This document shows positions 20,507 to 30,184 of a stretch of 64,000 bases of DNA, one piece after another (positions within the stretch are counted from its first letter, which is position 1; every line of letters starts with the position of its first letter). The notes under the pieces were generated by a model. The model did no database searches, was not told where the DNA came from, and saw nothing but the letters and a program-made list of their open reading frames with translations. The position numbers and the translations under genes are program-made. This stretch comes from an uncultured Acidobacteriota bacterium (GTDB lineage: Bacteria > Acidobacteriota > Terriglobia > Acidiferrales > UBA7541): positions 2,516,071-2,580,070 of the forward strand of contig OY970264.1 of the NCBI GenBank assembly GCA_963715685.1, read 5' to 3'.

Positions 20507-21231
20507 GGCAAGCGGGCGGCGCTCGGCGGCCCGTTCCCGGGGGCGAGCGGATTTTTCAGATGATCTACACGCGGCTCGGATGCGCGGGCCGACCACCTCA
20601 TTTCGTCGTCGAATACCACCCCTATGCGGGTCTGACGCACACGATTCGCCTGCGGGAAGACACCGCGCACGTCAGACTCTCTGACCTGCTTGGAAAAGCG
20701 CCGCGGGCCGTAGTGGAAGCCGCCGCAGCAATCCTGCTGGGGCGTCTCTACCGGCGGCGCCCTCCGGCCGAACTTCTTGAGACGTACAAGCAGTATTCGT
20801 ATGCGCAATCCACGCGCCGTCAACTTCTGCTGCTGCGCCAGCGCCGTGCCCGCAAGATGGAACACCGCCCTGCTGGAAGGCACCACGACCTCGAGCCGAT
20901 GTTCGCCCAGCTCAACAGCCGGTATTTTGCCGAAAGCCTTGCGCAGCCGCGCCTAGCGTGGAGCACCCGCGTCTGGCGAACCCAATTGGGCTGTTTCGAT
21001 CCGGCACTGAATCAGATCGTCATGAACCGGCAGCTCGACCAGCAAGGAGTTCCCGAATACGTTGTGGCCTACGTGCTGTACCACGAGATGCTTCACCTGA
21101 AGCATCCGATCCGGTTCGCGCGCTGCCGAAGGGAGTCTCATTCGGTTGACTTTCGCCGAGAAGAAAAGCGGTTTGCCGAGTACCAAAGCGCCATGAGATT
21201 CCTCGCCCGTTTTCCCTCAACTACGGGTTGA
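20503..21231 (+). CDS. SprT/DUF45-like HExxH zinc metallopeptidase-fold protein
   Basis: The GTG start overlaps the upstream TGA (GTGA) and GGAGGA lies 5 nt upstream. The C-terminal motif YVVAYVLYHEMLHLKHP....ESHSVDFRREEKRF matches the SprT-like/YgjP-like zincin pattern. No signal peptide. Confidence 0.6.
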   Translation: MRQAGGARRPVPGGERIFQMIYTRLGCAGRPPHFVVEYHPYAGLTHTIRLREDTAHVRLSDLLGKAPRAVVEAAAAILLGRLYRRRPPAELLETYKQYSYAQSTRRQLLLLRQRRARKMEHRPAGRHHDLEPMFAQLNSRYFAESLAQPRLAWSTRVWRTQLGCFDPALNQIVMNRQLDQQGVPEYVVAYVLYHEMLHLKHPIRFARCRRESHSVDFRREEKRFAEYQSAMRFLARFPSTTG

Positions 21232-21375
21232 TAAAATCATAATGGCACTATAGTTCCCGCCTTCACGGCCGATTACACCTATAGCGACTGATAAGGCATG
21301 ACTTCTTCCGGATGTGCCCGTGGTACTGCGCGGTATCGTAAGCAGTAACCCTTGAGCACATCAAGTTGGAAGGTA

Positions 21376-21396
21376 TTTGTACCAAAGTGGTACAAA
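21376..21396 (+). promoter_or_regulatory. perfect palindrome TTTGTACC-AAAGT-GGTACAAA immediately upstream of the sensor kinase ATG
   Basis: 8-bp arms with a 5-nt spacer, ending 7 nt before ATG 21403. It could be an operator or an mRNA hairpin. Confidence 0.3.
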
Positions 21397-21402
21397 CAAG
21401 TT

Positions 21403-23205
21403 ATGGCAACCCAGTCGCACAGAAAGATCCAAGACCTCATGCGATCCATTGAGCGACGCGAGTGGATTCTCTGGTGTTTCGCAATTCTGGTGACACTCCT
21501 GCTCACGGCCGGCATCGCGTCCTTCGTCGCTCCGATGTTGCACGAACATGTCGAGGACTTCGACACGCTGCACATTAATCTGGCCGTACGAGGGCTCGTC
21601 GGCCTGGTCTTGTTGTTCGACATTTATACGATTTATCAACAACTGCAGATTTATCGGATACGCACGGAGCTGGTTCGCCGGGAAGAGCTCTTTCGGCTGA
21701 TCAGCGAGAACGCGGCAGACATGATCGCGGTGGTGGACGCTGACGGGAAGCGGCTCTACAACAGTCCGGCGTACGAGCGGATTCTTGGCTACAGCGCGGA
21801 GGAACTGCTGAAAACCTCGTCGCTCGAACAAGTTCACCCGGACGACCGCCCTATCGTGGAGGAAGCGGCGCGAGCGGCGCGCACCGGCCACGGGCGCACC
21901 ATTCAGTATCGGATGCGCCACAAGGACGGCAGTTGGCACGTGCTCGAGTCCGGCGCCAGCGCCGTGTTGAACGCTCAAGGCCAAGTTGAAAAGCTGGTGA
22001 TCGTGAACCGCGACGTCAGCGCACGCAAGCAATTGGAAGAGCAGTTCCGGCAATCGCAAAAAATGGAGGCCGTAGGCCGGTTGTCCGGGGGAGTTGCCCA
22101 CGATTTCAACAACATTCTCGGCGTGATCATCGGCTATGCGGAATTTCTTCAGGAGCGCATGTCGCCGGAGGACTCGCTTCGCGGGAGCGTCGACGAGATA
22201 TTGAAAGCTGGAAAGCGCGCGGCTTCTCTCACCCGCCAGCTTCTGGCCTTTAGCCGCCAACAGGTGCTCGATCCAAAAGTGATCGATCTGAATAGCGTCG
22301 TCCTCGACATGGAGAAGCTGATGCGAAGGCTGATTGGCGAGGACATCGAGCTGAGCACTCCACTGAGCCCTGACGTTGGCCACGTGAAGGCAGACCAAGG
22401 CCAGCTCGAGCAAGTCATCATGAATCTGGCCGTCAATGCCAGGGATGCGATGCCTCAAGGCGGCAAACTGACGATCTCGACGGAAAATATGGTGATGGAC
22501 CAAGAGTTCGTGCGCCGCTATCCCTACCCCGTCCAACCCGGGCCGTACATTTGCCTGACAGTAACCGACAGCGGAATCGGAATGGACGCCGAGACCAAGG
22601 CGCGCGCATTCGAGCCCTTTTTCACCACGAAGGAAAAAGGAAAGGGCACGGGGCTTGGCCTTTCGACCGTGTACGGCGTTGTCAAACAGAGCGGCGGCTA
22701 CATCGACATCTACAGCACGCCCGGCAAGGGAACGTCATTCAAGATCTATCTGCCGCGCGTCGATGACGCTATCAAGGCCCATGGGCCTTCGGCCGGCCCA
22801 GCCGCCTCTTTCGAGGGCAAGGAAACGATTTTGCTGGCCGAAGACGAGGAATCTTTGCGAAAGCTGACCCGCACCACGCTGGAATCGCTCGGCTATCTGG
22901 TGCTGGAAGCAAACGATGGTGTGGAGGCGCTGGAGGTGAGCGAACAGCATGACGGGCCGATCCACCTGTTGCTCACCGATATCGTGATGCCCGGCATGGG
23001 AGGCCATACGCTGTCGCAGGAATTGACACGGCGGCGTCCCGAGACTCGGATCGTGTATATGTCCGGGTACACGGGCCAGGCCGTCGGCTCGCAGGGCCCG
23101 ATCGAACCGGGCAGCGATTTTCTCGCGAAGCCGTTTACACGGGAAACCTTGGCACGCAAGATCCGGGAGGCGCTGGATCGCCGCGTGGTGGCGGAGTCCA
23201 AATGA
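21403..23205 (+). CDS. hybrid sensor histidine kinase (TM, PAS, HisKA, HATPase_c, receiver)
   Basis: H-box GGVAHDFNNILGVI, N-box MNLAVNARDAM, G-boxes DSGIGM and GTGLGLS. C-terminal REC domain with LLAEDEE...LLLTDIVMPGMGG. A TTG at 21352 is an alternative start. Confidence 0.85.
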   Translation: MATQSHRKIQDLMRSIERREWILWCFAILVTLLLTAGIASFVAPMLHEHVEDFDTLHINLAVRGLVGLVLLFDIYTIYQQLQIYRIRTELVRREELFRLISENAADMIAVVDADGKRLYNSPAYERILGYSAEELLKTSSLEQVHPDDRPIVEEAARAARTGHGRTIQYRMRHKDGSWHVLESGASAVLNAQGQVEKLVIVNRDVSARKQLEEQFRQSQKMEAVGRLSGGVAHDFNNILGVIIGYAEFLQERMSPEDSLRGSVDEILKAGKRAASLTRQLLAFSRQQVLDPKVIDLNSVVLDMEKLMRRLIGEDIELSTPLSPDVGHVKADQGQLEQVIMNLAVNARDAMPQGGKLTISTENMVMDQEFVRRYPYPVQPGPYICLTVTDSGIGMDAETKARAFEPFFTTKEKGKGTGLGLSTVYGVVKQSGGYIDIYSTPGKGTSFKIYLPRVDDAIKAHGPSAGPAASFEGKETILLAEDEESLRKLTRTTLESLGYLVLEANDGVEALEVSEQHDGPIHLLLTDIVMPGMGGHTLSQELTRRRPETRIVYMSGYTGQAVGSQGPIEPGSDFLAKPFTRETLARKIREALDRRVVAESK

Positions 23206-23927
23206 GCACACTCACGAGTAATGCAGGCGGTTCGGCCGCATCGGGAGCTTTGAAAATGCCGAAAATACTGGTCGTGGATGATGACGAGTCCGTGCGCGGG
23301 TTGTTCCGCATGCGATTGTCGGACACATATGAGGTCGTTGATACCGGCGATCCGGAGCAGGCCCTCGCGCTGGCCCTCGAGCACAAGCCGGACGCGATTT
23401 TGCTGGACCTTCTGATGCCGGGCCTCTCCGGTTTCGAGCTTTGCCAGAGCTTTCACAACCTCAGTTACACCTCTCGCATCCCGATTTTCGTGATCACCGG
23501 TGAGGCCGGAGCGAAATACAAGGAGCACGTCGAGAGCCTGGGAGCCAGGGCCTACTTTCACAAGCCCGTGGACTTCGCTGCGCTCAAGGCCGCTCTCGCG
23601 GCAGAACTCCGGGCCAAGCAGCCGGAGCGCCGCAAGCACAAACGAGTGCAGATGCGAGTTCCCCTGAAACTGCGCGGAAATGATGCGAATGGAAAACCGT
23701 TTGAGGAACCAACCACTACGGAGAATCTGAGCGCCGGCGGATTTCTTTGCAACTGCACGGCGACGCTGGTCAAGGGAGCCCCGATCGAGGTGTTTCTCGC
23801 GTCCGCAGGGCAAGATCGGTATGCAGGGCGCGCGGTGGTGGTGCGCAAGGAGTCGACCGGCGCGGCTTGGCAGCGATACGGCTTCCAGTTCCTGGAAACG
23901 ACCTCCGATTGGGTGCTTCAGGATTAG
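23202..23927 (+). CDS. response regulator receiver fused to a PilZ domain
   Basis: REC domain with ILVVDDDES...ILLDLLMPGLSG...KP. PilZ motifs RRKHKR (RxxxR) and ENLSAGG (NxSxxG). ATG 23202 overlaps the kinase stop (ATGA); ATG 23256 is an alternative. Confidence 0.85.
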   Translation: MSTLTSNAGGSAASGALKMPKILVVDDDESVRGLFRMRLSDTYEVVDTGDPEQALALALEHKPDAILLDLLMPGLSGFELCQSFHNLSYTSRIPIFVITGEAGAKYKEHVESLGARAYFHKPVDFAALKAALAAELRAKQPERRKHKRVQMRVPLKLRGNDANGKPFEEPTTTENLSAGGFLCNCTATLVKGAPIEVFLASAGQDRYAGRAVVVRKESTGAAWQRYGFQFLETTSDWVLQD

Positions 23928-23981
23928 TAGCGCGTTCCGAAGGGATTCTTCGCCCGCATCTTTCGTTCAGACTGTCGATTC

Positions 23982-24398
23982 CTATCGCGCCGTCAGCTTG
24001 TCAATCTTCTCCTGAATCCTTTTCGCGTCAGACGCGTTCGGAAACGCTCGCAGATATTCCCTGTAATATTTCACAGCGGTGGCTTTGTCGCCCTTTTTCT
24101 CGTACGCCTCGGCCAACAGCAGGCGCGGCTTGGCGAGCTTCGGTTGCTGCCGAATAGCGTCTTCGAATCGTGGGATCGCTGCGTCGATATCTCCCTTGTG
24201 CATGTAAAACGTGCCGACTTGGATGTCTTCATCGACCGTTGCCGGCAGGGGGGCGTTGTTCGCGTCATCTTGTGCGGGTGTCTGGGTCTGGCCTTGCGAC
24301 TTGTCGGGCGGAGGAGCCGGGGGCTTTTGTTGGGCGGCGCGCGCGAGCGTGCCGACCAGGAAGCAGAACAACAGGAGTTGTGGAAGAGTTCGCCGCAT
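23982..24398 (-). CDS. small exported TPR-like protein
   Basis: Signal peptide MRRTLPQLLLFCFLVGTLARAAQ, a low-complexity linker, then about two TPR-like helices (AIPRFEDAIRQQPKLAKPRLLLAEAYEKKGDKATAVKYYREYL). Confidence 0.65.
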   Translation of the reverse strand: MRRTLPQLLLFCFLVGTLARAAQQKPPAPPPDKSQGQTQTPAQDDANNAPLPATVDEDIQVGTFYMHKGDIDAAIPRFEDAIRQQPKLAKPRLLLAEAYEKKGDKATAVKYYREYLRAFPNASDAKRIQEKIDKLTAR

Positions 24399-24504
24399 TG
24401 GCTTTGCCGTCGGGATTAGAATGCGTTTGCTATCATGAAAGTTGTATCGTCCGGGACTTGATCGCCCGGCGAACTGAATTCCCGTTCATTGTATCGCGCC
24501 GCGA

Positions 24505-26358
24505 ATGGAACTCCGCGAAAAAGTCGACCAACTGCCCGCCCAGCCCGGCGTGTACCTTTTCCAGGACGCCGGCGGAAACATCCTGTACGTAGGCAAGGCG
24601 ATATCGCTGCGGAACCGCGTGAAATCCTACTTCCTCGAATCGAGGTGGCAGGACGCGAAGACGGGATCGCTCGTCCGCGAAATTGTGGACGTCGAATATA
24701 TCGTGGTGGACAACGAGCGCGAGGCGCTGGCGCTCGAAAACAATCTGATCAAGCAGCATAAGCCGAAGTTCAATATTCTGCTGCGCGACGACAAGACATA
24801 TCCATACATCCGCTACACGGCGTTTGAAAAATATCCACGAGTCTACGTGACCCGGCGGCTCACCAAGGATGGCTCGATCTACTTTGGCCCGTATTTTCCA
24901 GGGGGCCTCGCCTACCGGCTGGTACACCTGATCCACAAGCATTTTCTCGTGCCTTCGTGCACCGTCGACTTGACGCGGTCTCATCCCCGCCCTTGCCTTC
25001 AATATTACATTCACCGCTGCCTTGGCCCGTGCGCGGGTCTCGTAACCGACGAGCGCTACGCGGAGGGGGCGCGGGACGTACGGCTATTTCTCGAAGGCCG
25101 CCGGAACGATCTATCGCGAAGCTTGAAGGAACGAATGGAGAGCGCTTCGCAAAGCGAGCGTTACGAAGAGGCTGCAGGCTACCGCGACCTGCTGCAAACG
25201 CTTTCCGATATGGAAGAGCGGCAAAAAATTGCCGCGGCCGAGGGAGACGATACGGACGTGCTCGCATGGTACGCCGAGCCGCCCCAGGTCGCCGTGAATA
25301 TTTTCCATTTGCGCGGCGGACGCGTGGTGGACCGGCGCGATTTTTATTGGGAGAACCTCGATGAGTTCGAACCCGCCGAGTTTCTGCCTTCCCTGCTGAA
25401 ACAACTCTATCTCGACGCTGCGTATCTGCCGCGCTACATCCACGTCCCGCAGGATTTCGAGGAGCGCGCGCTGCTTGAAGACGTGCTGACGCAGACAGCC
25501 GGGCACCGCGTGGAGATTCTGAACCCCCAGCGTGGCCAGAAACATGCGTTTCTCGAACTCGTCGAGAAAAACGCGCAGCATTCTTTCGTGCAACGGTTCC
25601 GCGTGCTGAAGCCCAGCTCGAAGGCGATCGCGGAGGCCATCGAATCCGCGCTCGGGCTCCCCGAACCACCAAAGCGAATCGAATGCTTCGACATTTCGCA
25701 CATTCAAGGATCGGACACGGTCGCATCGATGGTGGTGTGGGAAGACGGGCGCATGAAGAAGTCCGATTACCGGAAGTTCATCATCCGCGGAGACGCGATG
25801 CCCGAAGGACGCGACAAATCCGAAGGACTGCTCCGTGACGATTTCGCGAGCATGCGCGAAGCAGTGGAGCGGCGATACCGGCGTCTGCGCGACGAAAATA
25901 AACCGCTGCCGAGCTTGATCTTGATCGACGGCGGAATTGGGCAGTTGCACGCGGCGGCGCAGGCGCTCGAAAAACTCGAGATCATCAACCAGCCGCTGGC
26001 AAGCATCGCCAAGAAGGAAGAGATTCTGTACGTGCTGGGGCGCGAGAGCGAACCCATCGCGCTCGATCGCCACTCACCGGTTCTGCACTTGATCCAGCAG
26101 ATTCGCGACGAAACCCATCGCTTCGCGGTTACGTTCCATCGTCAGCGGCGGTCAAGCCGCCGCTTGCGCACCGAGCTCGTGGACATTCCGGGCGTGGGCG
26201 AGCGCACCGCGCAGAAACTGCTGCGTCGATTCGGCAGTGTGACGAGGCTGAAGCAATTGAGCCTCGAGGAACTCGCCGCGGAACTGCCGCGCGCGCAAGC
26301 GCAACGCGTATTCAATGGATTGCGGGAGGCTCAACTTCGGGAGCCGCGTGCCACGTAG
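24505..26358 (+). CDS. uvrC: excinuclease ABC subunit C
   Basis: GIY-YIG N-terminus (PGVYLFQDAGGNILYVGKAISLRNRV), a UVR domain, the endonuclease domain (IECFDISHIQG) and C-terminal HhH (IPGVGERTAQKLL). Confidence 0.95.
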   Translation: MELREKVDQLPAQPGVYLFQDAGGNILYVGKAISLRNRVKSYFLESRWQDAKTGSLVREIVDVEYIVVDNEREALALENNLIKQHKPKFNILLRDDKTYPYIRYTAFEKYPRVYVTRRLTKDGSIYFGPYFPGGLAYRLVHLIHKHFLVPSCTVDLTRSHPRPCLQYYIHRCLGPCAGLVTDERYAEGARDVRLFLEGRRNDLSRSLKERMESASQSERYEEAAGYRDLLQTLSDMEERQKIAAAEGDDTDVLAWYAEPPQVAVNIFHLRGGRVVDRRDFYWENLDEFEPAEFLPSLLKQLYLDAAYLPRYIHVPQDFEERALLEDVLTQTAGHRVEILNPQRGQKHAFLELVEKNAQHSFVQRFRVLKPSSKAIAEAIESALGLPEPPKRIECFDISHIQGSDTVASMVVWEDGRMKKSDYRKFIIRGDAMPEGRDKSEGLLRDDFASMREAVERRYRRLRDENKPLPSLILIDGGIGQLHAAAQALEKLEIINQPLASIAKKEEILYVLGRESEPIALDRHSPVLHLIQQIRDETHRFAVTFHRQRRSSRRLRTELVDIPGVGERTAQKLLRRFGSVTRLKQLSLEELAAELPRAQAQRVFNGLREAQLREPRAT

Positions 26359-26438
26359 CTCCGACACGAAAATTGACTCGGGCGCTCGCCTTGCTTGTAC
26401 TGGTAAGCCTATGCTACTGTCCAAATTGGAGGTGCATC

Positions 26439-26729
26439 ATGGCGGACAACGTGGGCTCGAAAGTCAGTTTTTTCCTCGTCGGGTTAGGCATCGGGGCGCT
26501 CGTCGGCATTCTTTTCGCGCCAAAATCCGGTGAAGAGACACGCGACTATCTTACGTCGAAGGCGGACGAAGGCAGAGAATTTGCGCAAAAGAAGGCGCGA
26601 GAACTGCGCGAGCGCGCGGAGGATTTGATCGAGCGCAGCAAAGAAATCATGTCGCGGCAGAAAGACGCTCTATCGAACGCCGTCGACGCAGGCAAGGAAA
26701 CCTACAAGCGGGAAGCAAAGATTTCGTAG
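26439..26729 (+). CDS. YtxH domain-containing protein
   Basis: The FFLVGLGIGALVGILFAPKSGEETRDYL motif is followed by a charged helix. GGAGGTG lies 5 nt upstream of the ATG. Confidence 0.75.
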   Translation: MADNVGSKVSFFLVGLGIGALVGILFAPKSGEETRDYLTSKADEGREFAQKKARELRERAEDLIERSKEIMSRQKDALSNAVDAGKETYKREAKIS

Positions 26730-26747
26730 CTTTTCGGAGGCGCCTGA

Positions 26748-27254
26748 ATGTCCGGCTGGCTTGAATTGTTCATCATCGTCGCGACGATCGCTATCGTGAT
26801 TCAAATGGCGATCTTGCTGGCGATGTTCATTCAGATGCGCGTGGCCATCCGCGAATTCACGCGGATCGCAGCGGATCTGCAAGCCCGCGTCGATCCGATT
26901 CTCGTCCGCACCAGCCGCATCCTCGATGATTCCGAAGATCGCATACGGAGCATCATGGGCGACGCCGCGGAACTCACAAGGTTGGCCCGCGGACAAGCAC
27001 AAAAGGTGGACCGCATCTTCACGGATGCCGTGGAGCGCCTGCGAATCCAAATCGTTCGCGCCGACCAGATTCTCACCGGAACTCTCGAAGTGATCGAAGA
27101 GGCCGGCTCGACGTTCCGCGAAAAGCTGTGGCAGCCGGTGAATCAGGCTTCCGCCGTACTGAAAGGCATTAAAGCGGGACTCGATTTCATTCGCGGCCAG
27201 AAGCGGCGCCCCGAACCCGACAGCGCCACGCAAGACGAAGAACTGTTCATCTGA
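26748..27254 (+). CDS. DUF948-like membrane-anchored coiled-coil protein
   Basis: An N-terminal TM helix (LELFIIVATIAIVIQMAILLAMFI) followed by a long helical region. The pairing with ytxH is typical. Confidence 0.5.
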   Translation: MSGWLELFIIVATIAIVIQMAILLAMFIQMRVAIREFTRIAADLQARVDPILVRTSRILDDSEDRIRSIMGDAAELTRLARGQAQKVDRIFTDAVERLRIQIVRADQILTGTLEVIEEAGSTFREKLWQPVNQASAVLKGIKAGLDFIRGQKRRPEPDSATQDEELFI

Positions 27255-27347
27255 ACCCGCGCCCCTTGGCGTAACTGCGCATTCCTTCCATTCACAGACA
27301 ATTACAATTTAGCGGCAACGCTCACCTTTGCGCTTGGGCCGATTGCG

Positions 27348-28502
27348 TCACTTCGCGATCCAGCCCCCGCCGAGGACGTGATCGCCCAAGTAAAATACGG
27401 CCGCCTGGCCGGGAGTAATCGCGCGCTGCGGCTCGCGGAAGGTGACGCGCGCGGTCGTCGCATCGAGCGCTACAACTTCCGCTCCGGCGGGTTCGTGGCG
27501 ATTGCGAATGCGGACGGCCGCGTGAACCGGCGCATCGGGTACCTCGAACGGAATCCAATTTACATTTCGGACTTCGCACGAACTACGGCGAAGTTCGCCA
27601 TCCTCACCGACAACGAGCCGGTTATTCGCGCTATCGAGTGTGACGACGTACAGCGGATGACCGGCGGCGAGGCCGAGGCCCTTCCGCTGGCCGACCGTGT
27701 AATTGTGCAAACCGCTGTGGCGGCCGATGACCTCGCCGGAAGTCGAGACGATCTCTCCGGATTCCGCGGGCAAATCGCTTCCCTGCTCCTGCAGATAGCT
27801 TTCGATGAAGCGGACGTAGCTGCCCGACGGCACGAAACAGATCTCCTGGCTCTCCGGCTTTTCAGCGACGGGCACTGCAAGGCGTCGCGCGATTTCGCGC
27901 ACTTCCTGTTTCGTCAATTCGCCGAGCGGAAACTCGGCGCGCGAAAGCTGCTCTTGCGTGAGGCCAAAAAGAAAATACGATTGATCCTTGGTGTCATCGA
28001 GCGCGCGGAGGAGTTCGTAGCGGTCCGTTTCCGGATTGTGACGAATGCGCGCGTAGTGGCCGGTGGCGATCCGCTCGGCGCCGATCTGTCGCGCGGTGGC
28101 GAGAAGCTGGTCGAACTTCACGTGATTGTTGCAGTGCGTGCATGGAATCGGCGTGCGCCCAGCGAGGTAGTCCTCGACGAACGGGCGGACGACGGTCTGC
28201 TCGAATTCGCGCTCAAAATTGATCACGTAATACGGAATCCCTAGATGTTCGGCGACACGCCGCGCGTCATACACATCATCGAGCGAACAGCAGCGGTGCG
28301 GTGCGGGACCTTCACCCTGAAGCGCAGGCAGGCGGCGCTGATTCCAGAGCTGCATCGTGAGGCCGACGATCGGCTGGCCGCGCTCGCGCAGGATCGCAGC
28401 GACCGTGGAACTATCAACGCCGCCCGACATCGCGACCGCGACTGCACTCGCCGCGGACGCGGCTGTCCCGGCAGCGGATTCGAGTTGGGCGATTGGCGTC
28501 AT
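27348..28502 (-). CDS. mnmA: tRNA 2-thiouridine(34) synthase
   Basis: PP-loop [16 protein letters not shown], plus ...CCS..D...A..VA..LGIP.Y..NF and ..TGHYAR. Confidence 0.9.
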   Translation of the reverse strand: MTPIAQLESAAGTAASAASAVAVAMSGGVDSSTVAAILRERGQPIVGLTMQLWNQRRLPALQGEGPAPHRCCSLDDVYDARRVAEHLGIPYYVINFEREFEQTVVRPFVEDYLAGRTPIPCTHCNNHVKFDQLLATARQIGAERIATGHYARIRHNPETDRYELLRALDDTKDQSYFLFGLTQEQLSRAEFPLGELTKQEVREIARRLAVPVAEKPESQEICFVPSGSYVRFIESYLQEQGSDLPAESGEIVSTSGEVIGRHSGLHNYTVGQRKGLGLAAGHPLYVVTLDSANNRLVVGEDGELRRSSCEVRNVNWIPFEVPDAPVHAAVRIRNRHEPAGAEVVALDATTARVTFREPQRAITPGQAAVFYLGDHVLGGGWIAK

Positions 28503-28512
28503 TGCGGAATCG

Positions 28513-29706
28513 TCAGCGTGCGGATGCGGCGGCCTCGGGATGCGGCGACTTTGGCGAGAGCGCGCGGATGCGCTCTACAACAGCGGGAATGATTTCGATC
28601 GCGCGATCGATTTCCTCCGCGGTGGTAGGCCGACCGAGGCTGAAACGAAGACTCGATCGCGCGTCGTCGCGCGAAAGCCCGGCCGCCAAAAGAACGTGAG
28701 AAGGTTCGGTTGAACCCGAGGAGCAGGCGGCGCCGGTGGAACACGCGATGCCCTGAAGATCGAGTGAAATCAGGAGCGCTTCGCCGCCCGCGCCGGGAAA
28801 GCTCATATTGGTCGTGTTCGGGACGCGGTGGCTGCGATCGCCGTTCACCTGCGCGGCAGGAATGCGATCGAGCAGCGCCGATTCGAGGCGGTCGCGAAGC
28901 GCGCGGATGCGCGAACCGTCCTCGGCGAGCAACTGATGCGCGAGTTCCGCAGCCTTGCCGATGCCCACGATGCCCGGGACATTCTCGGTGCCGGGGCGGC
29001 GATCGCGTTCGGCGTGACCACCGAAAAAGCGCGGCGCAAGCGGCGTGCCCGTGCGAACGAAGAGCGCGCCAACTCCCTTGGGGCCGCAAAACTTGTGCGC
29101 CGAAATCGAGAGCAGATCGACGCCAAGACGATTCACATCGAGCGGCACCTTGCCCGCCGACTGCACCGCGTCGCAGTGAAAGCACACATCCGCTTCCGCT
29201 GCGATGCGCCCGATTTCTTCGATGGGCTGAATCGTGCCAAGCTCATTGTTAGCGTGCATCACGGTGATGAGAACCGTTTCGGGACGCAGCGCGCGGCGAA
29301 TATCTTCCGGATCGACGATGCCTTGAGACTCCGGACCGCGGCCGACAGGAACGACGGTGACTTCGATTCCCTGCCGTTCGAGTTCCTCGCAACTGTGCAG
29401 AATCGCGTGGTGCTCGATCGAGGTGGTAATGACGTGCTTGCGAGGCTTTGTCGAGGCTGCGATCGTGCCGAAGATCGCAAGGTTGTCCGCTTCGGTGCCG
29501 CCGCTCGTGAAAACGATCTCGCTGGACTTCGCACCGATCAGCGCCGCGACGGATTCGCGCGCAGCGTCCACCGCGGCGCGTGCTCTCTGGCCGGGCGTGT
29601 GGACCGAGCCAGCGTTGCCGAAGTTCTCCCCGAGAAACGGCAGCATGGCATCGAGGACACGAGGGTCCACGGGTGTCGTCGCGTTGTAGTCAAGATAGAT
29701 GCGCAT
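28513..29706 (-). CDS. cysteine desulfurase (NifS/IscS class), paired with mnmA
   Basis: Carries [12 protein letters not shown], ..SGGTEADN, ..[15 protein letters not shown] (PLP lysine) and the active-site loop ACSSGS. The arrangement with mnmA resembles B. subtilis yrvO-mnmA. Confidence 0.9.
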   Translation of the reverse strand: MRIYLDYNATTPVDPRVLDAMLPFLGENFGNAGSVHTPGQRARAAVDAARESVAALIGAKSSEIVFTSGGTEADNLAIFGTIAASTKPRKHVITTSIEHHAILHSCEELERQGIEVTVVPVGRGPESQGIVDPEDIRRALRPETVLITVMHANNELGTIQPIEEIGRIAAEADVCFHCDAVQSAGKVPLDVNRLGVDLLSISAHKFCGPKGVGALFVRTGTPLAPRFFGGHAERDRRPGTENVPGIVGIGKAAELAHQLLAEDGSRIRALRDRLESALLDRIPAAQVNGDRSHRVPNTTNMSFPGAGGEALLISLDLQGIACSTGAACSSGSTEPSHVLLAAGLSRDDARSSLRFSLGRPTTAEEIDRAIEIIPAVVERIRALSPKSPHPEAAASAR

Positions 29707-29810
29707 GGTTAAGCCTTGGAGAGTTCAGAATAGCGGCTAGTACAACGACGGTCAAGCTAACGAGCCGTTGGAACAGAGCGGCATTTGCGCCCTGCGAACT
29801 CCCCGGAAGT

Positions 29811-29890
29811 GTGTCGATTAGAATTGGGCTCTGTCCTTTCTTTTCTTCGGCTTACGCACGATTCTAATCGCCGACGTGTCGATTAGAAAT
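29811..29890. promoter_or_regulatory. cluster of CGATTAGAA motifs (two direct copies plus one inverted copy)
   Basis: GTGTCGATTAGAAT at 29811-29824, its complement ATTCTAATCG at 29861-29870, and GTGTCGATTAGAAAT at 29876-29890. A fourth, related TCGATTAGGA lies at 30071-30080. Confidence 0.35.
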
Positions 29891-30184
29891 CGCAGCTTCG
29901 GCTGACGTCCGTGGGAGAATCTTCGACGCGCACGGCGATCCGGCCCGGCGTTTTCTTCGTTCGAATTGTGGACGACTCTCATTTTGTCGATATCAGGCTA
30001 GCAGTCTGAGGGTGAATTACAAGCGCGAGGTTGTGTGGACTTTGGCAGAACAATGGCGAGAGATCCGGTATCGATTAGGATTGAACCCACGATAGGCAAA
30101 GGAATAGGCTACCTACATAAAGAAGCGCTTTACAGCAGTATGAGCCGCATCTTCGGAAGACACCGGATGGCGGCGGAGGAAACG

